64,000 bases of DNA from an uncultured virus (IMG/VR IMGVR_UViG_3300029908_000008). Lineage: Duplodnaviria; Heunggongvirae; Uroviricota; Caudoviricetes. The position numbers and the translations under genes were made by a program. Below the pieces are notes generated by a model. It was not told the origin of the DNA. It did no database searches and was given only the letters and a program-made list of their open reading frames with translations. The stretch is from the IMG/VR virus record IMGVR_UViG_3300029908_000008. One strand, 5' to 3'. Positions 9,118-17,246 of the stretch are shown one piece after another; position 1 is the stretch's first letter; each line of letters begins with the position of its first letter.

Positions 9118-10452
9118 ATGCTCGAAATTTTAAAAAAAATTCATAAGATAGACCTAGAAAACCCAATTCTAGGAAACCTCATGGACAATTTAATAATGAG
9201 ATTTGCTCAAACTAAACAAAATGATTTAAATTTACCTTTAATTCAATCAAAACTAAAACTCATAAAAGATTTTCATCCCCTCTTCAACATTAACAATATC
9301 CAAAACTATTCTATCACTGATTTTTTCGTAAAATGGTTCTGTATGAGTTATATCAATGAAGGGGCCAGTAAAGAATATGCTTTATTTAGGCTTCTAATCT
9401 TGTTAAAATTGCTTAAATATAAAAATGATGATAAAATACTGCCATTAATTTTTGATGAATTTAGAGAATTAATTTTAGATAAAAGTTTTGATAATTTAAA
9501 ACCTGCTAATTTTGATGATAGGCAGATGAGTAGTTTTAAAAATCTTATTAATTATTTTAGGTTTCCTTATGAGTATGAGTTAAACTTTTCTAGTATTGAC
9601 CCCAGAATTAAAAAAGAAGAATTTAAAGATCCCTTTTTTGTACCGGAAGAAGATTTCGAAAAGGCAGAAATAGATTTTCCTAAAACTGATGAACTACTAA
9701 TTAAATGGTTCGCGGAAGCAATTATCGAAAAAGGTTATCCACCTGAAATTGCTTTATATGAATTGCTTAAACATTTAAAAAATTTAGGATTCAGTGAAGG
9801 AAGAGATTCGGAATTTTTAAATACGATTTACAATGAATTTAAATTAGAAATTTTAGAAAAACCGCAAACTTATGATAAAATAGTAATTCCTGAATCGGAA
9901 TTATCTGAATTTAAAGAATTATTAGAGGAATTTCAATTTCCGTATTCAAAAGAACTAAATTTTAGTAATTTACAAGATCCAAAAGCCAGTACTAATTCTG
10001 GAACGGCAAGTGATGTAGAAAATTCAAGTATTATAAAATCTACGAAAACGACTGAAAAATCTGATAATGATATCGTGAGTACAGCATTGAGTTTTGTGAA
10101 TAGTAATGTCACCTATGAATTAGGCGCAAAGAGTTCTATTGATTCTGGTGGGCCATGTGATTGTTCTGGTTTTACTAAGCAAGTGTTCCAAAAATCTGGA
10201 ATATCATTACCAGACGGCTCTGGGCAACAAATAGCAGTAGGTGAACCAATTCAAGAATCGGATTTAGAACCTGGTGATTTAGTATTTTTCTCAGGCACGA
10301 TTGCAGGTAGGTCTAATTCTGAACCTAGTCATGTTGGAATTTATTCAGGTAATGGAAATTTTGTGAGTCTTACAGGGCATGGAGTAAAAGACCAACCATT
10401 GTCAACTGGATTCTGGGCGAATAAATTTTTAGCCGCCAGGAGAATCTCTTAA
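9118..10452 (+). CDS. NlpC/P60 peptidoglycan peptidase with duplicated N-terminal helical domain
   Basis: DCSGF, DLEPGDLVFF, SHVGIY; two ~105-aa repeats (KWF...FPY..ELNFS); N-term ...IMRFAQ; AAGG(9082) promoter motif. Confidence 0.85.
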   Translation: MLEILKKIHKIDLENPILGNLMDNLIMRFAQTKQNDLNLPLIQSKLKLIKDFHPLFNINNIQNYSITDFFVKWFCMSYINEGASKEYALFRLLILLKLLKYKNDDKILPLIFDEFRELILDKSFDNLKPANFDDRQMSSFKNLINYFRFPYEYELNFSSIDPRIKKEEFKDPFFVPEEDFEKAEIDFPKTDELLIKWFAEAIIEKGYPPEIALYELLKHLKNLGFSEGRDSEFLNTIYNEFKLEILEKPQTYDKIVIPESELSEFKELLEEFQFPYSKELNFSNLQDPKASTNSGTASDVENSSIIKSTKTTEKSDNDIVSTALSFVNSNVTYELGAKSSIDSGGPCDCSGFTKQVFQKSGISLPDGSGQQIAVGEPIQESDLEPGDLVFFSGTIAGRSNSEPSHVGIYSGNGNFVSLTGHGVKDQPLSTGFWANKFLAARRIS

Positions 10453-10471
10453 TAATCTTTAAATTAAAAAC

Positions 10472-10804
10472 ATGTCACAAATTGATACTCTAAAAAATCT
10501 TGTCAAATTAAGCAATAAATATGACAATAATGGTCAATTTTTAAAAGCAAATTTGATTGATGAACAAATAAAGGAAATTCAAGATAAAATTATCACAAGT
10601 AGCAGGAAACAAATTATAGAAGAGATATTGTCAATGCCAGAATTGGAAAAAAAAATAATTGCTCAAAAAAGTAGAAAATGGTTGAAAAATCGCACTTGGA
10701 GCAATATGGAAAGTAAAAATTTTGATGAAATGTCAGAAACTGAAATTTTAAATGGCGTAGATATACACTTTGATGGCGGACTTAGAGAATTTCTTAATAA
10801 ATAA
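10472..10804 (+). CDS. Hypothetical protein with shared N-terminal tag
   Basis: LVKLSNKYDNNGQFLKANLID. Confidence 0.75.
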   Translation: MSQIDTLKNLVKLSNKYDNNGQFLKANLIDEQIKEIQDKIITSSRKQIIEEILSMPELEKKIIAQKSRKWLKNRTWSNMESKNFDEMSETEILNGVDIHFDGGLREFLNK

Positions 10805-10926
10805 ATTTTTAGAAATTGTTCATTAAGAAAAATAAACCATAATATTGTAAACAAATAAAAATTGAATAATAAAGGTTTTAAACCTAATCTTTAGAAATAT
10901 CCAATTAGATAGTAGGAGGCTAAAAT

Positions 10927-12180
10927 ATGTTTAAAAATTTTTCAGGATCTAAACTTGGTAAAATTTTAGTTTCATTCTTTTGTATTTTAGGGCCTGCTTA
11001 TTTAACAAATGAAGCAAATAATGACTATGGCGCTGTAACAACATATATACAGTCAGGAGCGACTTATGGAATGTCTATGCTTTGGGTCATGGCGTTATTA
11101 TTCCCAATTATTTATTTTTGCCAAGAAATGTCGGCTAGGCTAGGAATTTGTTCTAAAGAAAATTTTATTGTATTGATCAGGCAAAAATTTGGTGATTTTT
11201 GGGCAAATTTATCTTTAACTAATTTATTATTAGTGAATTTTCTAATATTAATGACAGAATTTGCAGGAATCACTTTAGTCTCTAGAGTTATAGGAATTTC
11301 ACCTTTTATAACAGTTCCTACATCAATAATTGGTTTTATGTGGTTAGTTGTTGGAAATAAATATAAAAAATGGGAAAATATCATGATTGCATTTTGCACC
11401 TTGGATGTATTATGGTTTTTCATGTCATTTTTTACTCATCCTAATTATTCAGAAGTTATCAAAGGATTATTGCCTTTAATGCCTAAGGGTGGAATATCAA
11501 AAGATTATCTTTTCTTATTAATGTCTTTAGTAGGAACCAGCATTACATATTGGGGGTTAACCATTCAAGTTTCATGTGTTGTTGAAAAAAAAATTAATAT
11601 TGCAGACCTTAAGATGGAGCAATTTGAAACATTCATAACATCAATTTTTACAGTTCTAGTTGCTGGAGCAATGATTATAGTTGGTGCCATAAGTTATAAA
11701 CATGGTTTAAAATTTGAAGACCCAGCATCTATGGCACTTGCTATTTCGAAATGGTATCCATGGTTGAAAAATCTAATTTTAATTATGATTATCAATGCTT
11801 CTCTTTTAGGAGCAGTCGCAGTCTCACTATCGAGTTCCTGGGCTTTATCAGAGAAACAAGGCCAATTTAATAAAACAATAAAAGACGATCCTAAATTTTA
11901 TTTCACGTATTTATCTTGTATAGCCATGAGTGGCTTACTCTGTTTAATACCAAAACTCCCATTAGATTTAATAGTTTTAGGTGTTCAAGTACTGTCATGC
12001 ATCTCATTGCCGTACGTATTAGTTTTTCTTCATATTCTTCTTAATGATAAAGAATTAGTGGGAGAGCAATACATCAACAAACCTTGGCAAAATCTTGTAA
12101 ATATATTAATAATCATCGTGTTATGTGCGCTATCTTTAATACTATTATTGCAGGTATTATTACCAGGATTATTTAAATAA
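10927..12180 (+). CDS. NRAMP-family divalent metal transporter (non-DPGN, Mg-transporter-like branch)
   Basis: LGPA...NNDYGAVTTY.QSGA.YG, QEMSARLG, TEFAG, VGTSIT, LND...VG; ~11 hydrophobic segments; SD AGGAGG. Confidence 0.88.
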   Translation: MFKNFSGSKLGKILVSFFCILGPAYLTNEANNDYGAVTTYIQSGATYGMSMLWVMALLFPIIYFCQEMSARLGICSKENFIVLIRQKFGDFWANLSLTNLLLVNFLILMTEFAGITLVSRVIGISPFITVPTSIIGFMWLVVGNKYKKWENIMIAFCTLDVLWFFMSFFTHPNYSEVIKGLLPLMPKGGISKDYLFLLMSLVGTSITYWGLTIQVSCVVEKKINIADLKMEQFETFITSIFTVLVAGAMIIVGAISYKHGLKFEDPASMALAISKWYPWLKNLILIMIINASLLGAVAVSLSSSWALSEKQGQFNKTIKDDPKFYFTYLSCIAMSGLLCLIPKLPLDLIVLGVQVLSCISLPYVLVFLHILLNDKELVGEQYINKPWQNLVNILIIIVLCALSLILLLQVLLPGLFK

Positions 12181-12187
12181 TAATTAT

Positions 12188-12349
12188 ATGGAAAGTCGTA
12201 GTATCGTGGCCGTGAAGAGCGGCCTTAATCAGAATAGTCATCGTTTACAACCAGAAATAACCCTTATGCAAAAAATAATTCTAATTACAATAGAAACAAT
12301 GATTGGAATTGGAAGTTTGAGTGTGGTTATGTACATACTACATAAATAA
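12188..12349 (+). CDS. 53-aa membrane peptide immediately after the NRAMP gene
   Basis: Below ORF-track cutoff; MESRSIVAVKSGLNQNSHRLQPEITLMQKIILITIETMIGIGSLSVVMYILHK, fills the gap between flanking genes. Confidence 0.55.
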   Translation: MESRSIVAVKSGLNQNSHRLQPEITLMQKIILITIETMIGIGSLSVVMYILHK

Positions 12350-12355
12350 AAATAA

Positions 12356-12538
12356 ATGAAACAATACCCTATAGTTGATTTTCTTGATAAAATGGGATTT
12401 TACCATGAAGCAGATTTCGTGGAGGATCAATTAATAAGAGAGGCTTCTAAAAAAAATTATTGGCCCCTCTTATTACCTTATATTCATGGTCAGAATATTG
12501 TTAAAAAATCATTAAAAAATAAATCAACTGAAGATTAA
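12356..12538 (+). CDS. 60-aa protein consisting mostly of the shared N-terminal tag
   Basis: IVDFLDKMGFYHEADFVEDQLIREAS. Confidence 0.75.
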   Translation: MKQYPIVDFLDKMGFYHEADFVEDQLIREASKKNYWPLLLPYIHGQNIVKKSLKNKSTED

Positions 12539-13380
12539 CAATCATTTAATTGTGATTTTAATAAATTAATTTCTTCTTGTATTTTAGATTGTTTTGTTTT
12601 AAGTTCTTTTAATTTTTTAAGATTTTCCAGTTCTTGAATGAGTTCACTGTTTTCCTGTGCTACTTGATATAACAGAGGATCTTGTACAGGTGCTGGCATA
12701 CTCATCGCTGTATAAAATAATGGTTTAAGAATTATTTTAATTTCCGCCGCGAGTTCTCCAATGTCAAAGTGGCTAGTTGAGAATGTTTGTGTGCTATAAT
12801 TACCTTCCACAGTCACACCTACATTATTCGTAGCATTCATAGAAAACGAATGTGCTACATTATCTATGGTATTGTCATTTAAACTCGCCGAATATAATAT
12901 TGCACTATCATCAGAACTTCTAGACTTTTTTCGTAACACACTGCCGCATGTATAAGATTGTCTATAAGGACCATTTATTGGAGAAATATTATTAATTATC
13001 CATGTTGGCTGAGGTGCAATGGGATAGTTATACTTTTTTCTAAAAAAGAATTGTGCTTGAATTAATCCTGGCGCGGCGTTATGATTTTTGCCATCCATAA
13101 TTGATTCGTCTGAATCGATATCTACAAATTTAAATTTTCTTGGAGAATCTGCAAATCTTTCAATATCTGATGTTGAGTTAGCACGAAGAATATAACCATT
13201 TCCAGCGACATTTTCACCGTCAATAGTGAATTTTACCAGTACATCTTCAGGATGTTTATTTTTGAATCTTAGCACATATTCTGTGTAGGATGGTATTTCA
13301 ATTGTACCATCATAGTTTTCTTTAAGTGGCTTTCCATTCACTAAAATGCAAACCACGCATTTATTGCTGTACATATTCAT
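12535..13380 (-). CDS. Conserved-looking phage protein (beta-rich N-domain, C-terminal coiled coil)
   Basis: VNGKPLKE...EYVLRFKN...FTIDGENV...IERF...KFKFV...GLIQAQF; SD AAGGAG. Confidence 0.8.
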   Translation of the reverse strand: MNMYSNKCVVCILVNGKPLKENYDGTIEIPSYTEYVLRFKNKHPEDVLVKFTIDGENVAGNGYILRANSTSDIERFADSPRKFKFVDIDSDESIMDGKNHNAAPGLIQAQFFFRKKYNYPIAPQPTWIINNISPINGPYRQSYTCGSVLRKKSRSSDDSAILYSASLNDNTIDNVAHSFSMNATNNVGVTVEGNYSTQTFSTSHFDIGELAAEIKIILKPLFYTAMSMPAPVQDPLLYQVAQENSELIQELENLKKLKELKTKQSKIQEEINLLKSQLNDC

Positions 13381-13384
13381 TTCG

Positions 13385-13401
13385 CTCCTTTATTGAAGGA
13401 G
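13385..13401 (-). promoter_or_regulatory. Hairpin sequestering the Shine-Dalgarno of the 13380 gene
   Basis: Minus strand CUCCUU-CAAUA-AAGGAG-CGAA-AUG, perfect 6-bp stem. Confidence 0.55.
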
Positions 13402-13428
13402 GAGTTATTATTTTTATTCATTTTTTTG

Positions 13429-13527
13429 TTACCTCTATAATTTATTATCTCTGACCTCAACGAGACTTTTTCGGAATCTTAGGCAAATTCCAAGGCCAAT
13501 ATTATTATACAATAATTATAGAGGTAA
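13429..13527. repeat. Perfect 14-bp inverted repeat pair enclosing a promoter and structured leader
   Basis: TTACCTCTATAATT (13429-13442) and AATTATAGAGGTAA (13514-13527). Confidence 0.85.
13447..13497 (-). ncRNA. Candidate cis-regulatory pseudoknot RNA in 5' leader
   Basis: GGCCUU/GAGGUC, GGAAU/AUUCC hairpin, GUCUC/GAGAU crossing pair; starts 6 nt after TGTATAAT (13511-13504). Confidence 0.45.
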
Positions 13528-13542
13528 TATTTCTGTTTGTTT

Positions 13543-14283
13543 TTAATTTGTAAATTCAACGGCGCTTACACAGCGATTATCCATAATTACCATGGTTATT
13601 TCTTCATAACCGACTGTTTGCTGTATTGTCGATTTATTAATAGATTTTTCATCTTTTACTACCAAAATATCTTTTTCGGCATACTGACTTCTAATAGGCA
13701 TAACTCCAAGATTTTCAGGGCTAGAAACCGCAAAAAAATAATCTTTAGCATTTTCATGAATATAAATAGGAATATTAAATAATGAACCACCAATTTTAAA
13801 TGGCCCTTTTTCATCACCTTTTCTAGTGACATAAAAATGTTTATGTTCAATTAAAGATAATTTTCGAAAAGTTTGCCTACTACAAATAAAAGCGTCAACA
13901 TCCAGATCATGATCTTCAATATTTACCATTGCTTCTATAATTGGATACAACTGATTACATTTGGATATTATTTTTGTATCCAAATTTTTATCCAAACTTT
14001 CAAATAGAAGTTTAAAAAAGAATAGATCTTCTTTCTTATGGATTATTTCTTTAGAACAAAGTTTTTTATTCCAATAATCTAAAGAATTAATCTCAAACGT
14101 AGGTAATAATATTTCTTCCACACCATTAACTTCACAAACTTTACTATCATAAAGTGGAATAAAATATGATTTTATATCAATATCACGATTATATCTTGCT
14201 AAATTAAATGGTAATAAATCATCAACGTACAGTAATAACCGTGCCAACGAAGTGCCATTATATGGCTTATTAAAATTATTCAT
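13543..14283 (-). CDS. Divergent, shortened major-capsid-protein paralog (HK97-fold-like)
   Basis: ARLLLYVDDL...ARYNRDI..KSYFI, EEILLPTFEI, KED..FFKLL, IEDHDL, PENLGVMPIR, VGYEEI: order and spacing recall jumbo-phage MCPs; SD AAGGAG. Confidence 0.6.
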   Translation of the reverse strand: MNNFNKPYNGTSLARLLLYVDDLLPFNLARYNRDIDIKSYFIPLYDSKVCEVNGVEEILLPTFEINSLDYWNKKLCSKEIIHKKEDLFFFKLLFESLDKNLDTKIISKCNQLYPIIEAMVNIEDHDLDVDAFICSRQTFRKLSLIEHKHFYVTRKGDEKGPFKIGGSLFNIPIYIHENAKDYFFAVSSPENLGVMPIRSQYAEKDILVVKDEKSINKSTIQQTVGYEEITMVIMDNRCVSAVEFTN

Positions 14284-14319
14284 TATTTCTCCTTAAATTC
14301 ACACACACAAAAGGTGAAC

Positions 14320-14341
14320 TATTTTATTGTACAATAAAATA
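14320..14341. promoter_or_regulatory. Perfect 22-bp palindrome; candidate bidirectional -10 element or operator
   Basis: TATTTTATTGTACAATAAAATA between divergent genes; TGTACAAT on both strands, 7 nt before ATG 14343. Confidence 0.65.
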
Positions 14342-14342
14342 T

Positions 14343-14684
14343 ATGGATTTTTTTTCTAGTACACCTGAAACAATGATTAAGAGAATGGTACTCACATCTG
14401 AGGAAGATTATGAGGCTGTTTTAAAAGAAATTAAGTTAGTAGAACAAAAAAATAATGAAAAAAATGGTGGTCGTCCGTATTCCGAGATTTTAGAAACTCG
14501 TACATCACCCACATTTCAAATTCTACTTCGGGAGACTTTTAAAGATAGTATTTGTCCGCGCTGTCATTGTCGAACTATAGGAAATGTATTAGTTATAGAC
14601 GCAGTCACTAAAAAATCTTCATTTGTAGATGAATGCAATGGTTGTAATTTAAGATTTTCTATTTTTATTGAATCAAAAGATTAA
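14343..14684 (+). CDS. Zinc-ribbon protein
   Basis: CPRC...CNGC. Confidence 0.7.
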   Translation: MDFFSSTPETMIKRMVLTSEEDYEAVLKEIKLVEQKNNEKNGGRPYSEILETRTSPTFQILLRETFKDSICPRCHCRTIGNVLVIDAVTKKSSFVDECNGCNLRFSIFIESKD

Positions 14685-14724
14685 GTTATAATTTAATAAA
14701 AATATCTAATTATTCATATTAGAT

Positions 14725-15150
14725 ATGAATAATTTTAATAATAGTTTTAATTTTCTATATGAATGGGAACTTAAAAACCCCAAACCTCATTCAGAAATTG
14801 TTAATCAAGATTCTTATAATTTATTTAGAAAATCAAAATTATTAAAAGACAGATCTATTAACAAAATAGAAAAAGACGAATTTAAAGATATATTATATAA
14901 CAATATATGGGAAAAATATAATTTAGATAATAAAGAGTATCCTTATAGCAAAATATTATTTAATACTTTTTATGATTTTAATATTATTACTGTAGAGAGA
15001 ATGCTTGAAAAATGCGGAAATAATTGCAAATGTTTTTGTTTAGATAGGATTATTAGAAGAATTCGTGTTCTAAGTGTTTATGAACATCATAATCAATATA
15101 ATCTTTTATCATTAAAAAAAGATTATGAACTAAAGGAATTATGTTGTTAA
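14725..15150 (+). CDS. Degenerate glycosyl hydrolase 108-like protein
   Basis: F..SF.FLYEWE...NQDSYN.FR.SK.L..RSI..I...E...I.YNNIW....LD......ILFNT follows the GH108 pattern but lacks EGGY/DPGGET. Confidence 0.5.
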   Translation: MNNFNNSFNFLYEWELKNPKPHSEIVNQDSYNLFRKSKLLKDRSINKIEKDEFKDILYNNIWEKYNLDNKEYPYSKILFNTFYDFNIITVERMLEKCGNNCKCFCLDRIIRRIRVLSVYEHHNQYNLLSLKKDYELKELCC

Positions 15151-15167
15151 ATATTTAAAATTATTTT

Positions 15168-17240
15168 ATGTCTTTTCGTCGTGCCCAATTAATACCAGCA
15201 TTAGATTCGACATTAATGGCGAATACTGATAGTGCATTAACTCCAGAAGAAATTTCTGAATTAAAAAATAAAATAGAACCAAAAATTGCCACATTATCTT
15301 TAAATTATTTAAATCAGAGATCTAAAGAAGTTCAGGCACAAATATCATCTTTAAAAAATATTCCTGCCTATATCAATAAAAGTCCTATTGGCCAATATAA
15401 TAAAATTTCTAAAAGTATTGCTAAACTACAAATTTTTATAGATGAAATAGCGATTGAGCCTAATAGAAGGAAGACTTATAATAACCCAACCTCTACTGAC
15501 CCTTTAATTCAAAATTCAATTAATATTTTTGGTGACAATGTTTCTCCAGATTTTAATAATAAAGATTTAAATTATCCAGAATCTGATTTGTCACAAACTA
15601 CGAAAAATTCAATTTTACAGTTAGTTGACAACAAATTGACTCTTTTTAAAGATCATGTTTTTATAAAGAAGAATCTTAATTATTTATGGAAATTGGTACA
15701 GTATATTCAAAAATCCTCAGGATATAATGATCCGAATAATAGTTTATATAAAAAATATAGATATGCTGTAAAATGGTATAAATATTTTATTTTTTGCGTT
15801 GGAAGAAGGTCCGACCAAACAACTCATAATAAAATTCAAGGTAATTATTATTCACCTACATCTCACTCCCCTAAAGATGACAAAGGTTTGAATTTAACAG
15901 ATTTAGGCACCTGTGACACTAATATTTTTGCAGGAGTATTATGCGAATTAGCACAAGGCGGCGTAAAACAAGGTTTAATGATTTTGATTAATGGAGGAAT
16001 TAATTTAGGATTAAGTATAAAAGCAATCAATTATCTTAAACAATTTTTAAAAATTTATAATAAAACTACAGATTTCTCAAAAACAGTAGAAGTTTTTAAT
16101 CGTATTAATAGCCATCAAAACTTTATAAAAGAAACATCTGAAATTAGAACAGCCATTTTATCATTTAAGAAAAATGCGGCAGATGCTTCAAAAGCATTAG
16201 ATATTATTTTAAATGCCTGTGAGTCAGGAAAAATTGAAGACGTAGAAAAAATAGCAAAAAATCCGTTATTAAAAGTTGCATTTGAAAAGTTTCTAAGTGC
16301 TTTAGGCATGTTCGCGGCAGGAAAAGAAATTTTTGCTACATTTGATTTAATTTCCCAAAAATATCATAATCCTAGTTCTAATGTAAATTGGATGACTATA
16401 TTAGACCATTTTACAGATGCTTTAATTGATCTTCAATTTACTCCATTTGTTCAAGAATTAGAATCAATGACACCTTTAGGACCTATATTGCCTGCGGCTT
16501 TAGATGGAATTGCAGCAATAAAGCCATTATACAAACTTGTAACAGAAGGTGGTTTAATTAACAAATTTGCCTGGATAGGTGTAGGCGATCAAGAACAGGT
16601 AAATGATTATGAAAAGAAAATTAATTCATACTATGAAAAGAATTTAAGTTCCACACAAACTAATTTGTCGCCAGATGTTCAAAAATTTATAAATGATATT
16701 GAGGGATACTATTTATTAGACCCATATATTAAAAGCAATAACTGGAAATGGATTTTTTCATTTTTACGAAATCCTAATAAATTAAATTTAAATCAAGATT
16801 TTATTGAATTAAGAGATAAAATTATTAAAGATTATCCTTGGATACTAAATGGTTCCAGTGATCCTAATATTATTAACTTATTACAATTAGTACAAATACA
16901 ATCAAATCCTAAATATAATGATGTTTTAAATATTTTTTTGAATAACCCACATCTATTTGATATTTATAATGGAAAAACTTTATTCTATAATTACTATAAT
17001 AATTTAAATCAAGCGCCTAAAAGTGTTAAGGACTCATTAACATCCCTACATTCGCAAAATAATAATTACGTAATGGCTATTTATAATACATTGCTTTACA
17101 AAGATTCTGCTCATAAAAAGGACATATATCAAAAAATTATGAATAAATATTTTAATAATAATGTTTCTGAATTTAATAAATTTATTCAGTTCATGAATCG
17201 TAATGTAGCAAATAATAGAATTGTGGGACAATCTTTTTAA
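15168..17240 (+). CDS. Large hypothetical, putative internal virion protein
   Basis: MSFRRAQ start; AAGG(15133)-N17-TTTAA promoter motif 35 nt upstream. Confidence 0.8.
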   Translation: MSFRRAQLIPALDSTLMANTDSALTPEEISELKNKIEPKIATLSLNYLNQRSKEVQAQISSLKNIPAYINKSPIGQYNKISKSIAKLQIFIDEIAIEPNRRKTYNNPTSTDPLIQNSINIFGDNVSPDFNNKDLNYPESDLSQTTKNSILQLVDNKLTLFKDHVFIKKNLNYLWKLVQYIQKSSGYNDPNNSLYKKYRYAVKWYKYFIFCVGRRSDQTTHNKIQGNYYSPTSHSPKDDKGLNLTDLGTCDTNIFAGVLCELAQGGVKQGLMILINGGINLGLSIKAINYLKQFLKIYNKTTDFSKTVEVFNRINSHQNFIKETSEIRTAILSFKKNAADASKALDIILNACESGKIEDVEKIAKNPLLKVAFEKFLSALGMFAAGKEIFATFDLISQKYHNPSSNVNWMTILDHFTDALIDLQFTPFVQELESMTPLGPILPAALDGIAAIKPLYKLVTEGGLINKFAWIGVGDQEQVNDYEKKINSYYEKNLSSTQTNLSPDVQKFINDIEGYYLLDPYIKSNNWKWIFSFLRNPNKLNLNQDFIELRDKIIKDYPWILNGSSDPNIINLLQLVQIQSNPKYNDVLNIFLNNPHLFDIYNGKTLFYNYYNNLNQAPKSVKDSLTSLHSQNNNYVMAIYNTLLYKDSAHKKDIYQKIMNKYFNNNVSEFNKFIQFMNRNVANNRIVGQSF

Positions 17241-17246
17241 ACAAAT

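Noticed and set aside
13447..13497. HDV-like/theta ribozyme or tRNA reading of the structured element
   Set aside because: No room for P3/L3 or the catalytic J4/2 strand, and no cloverleaf or T-loop
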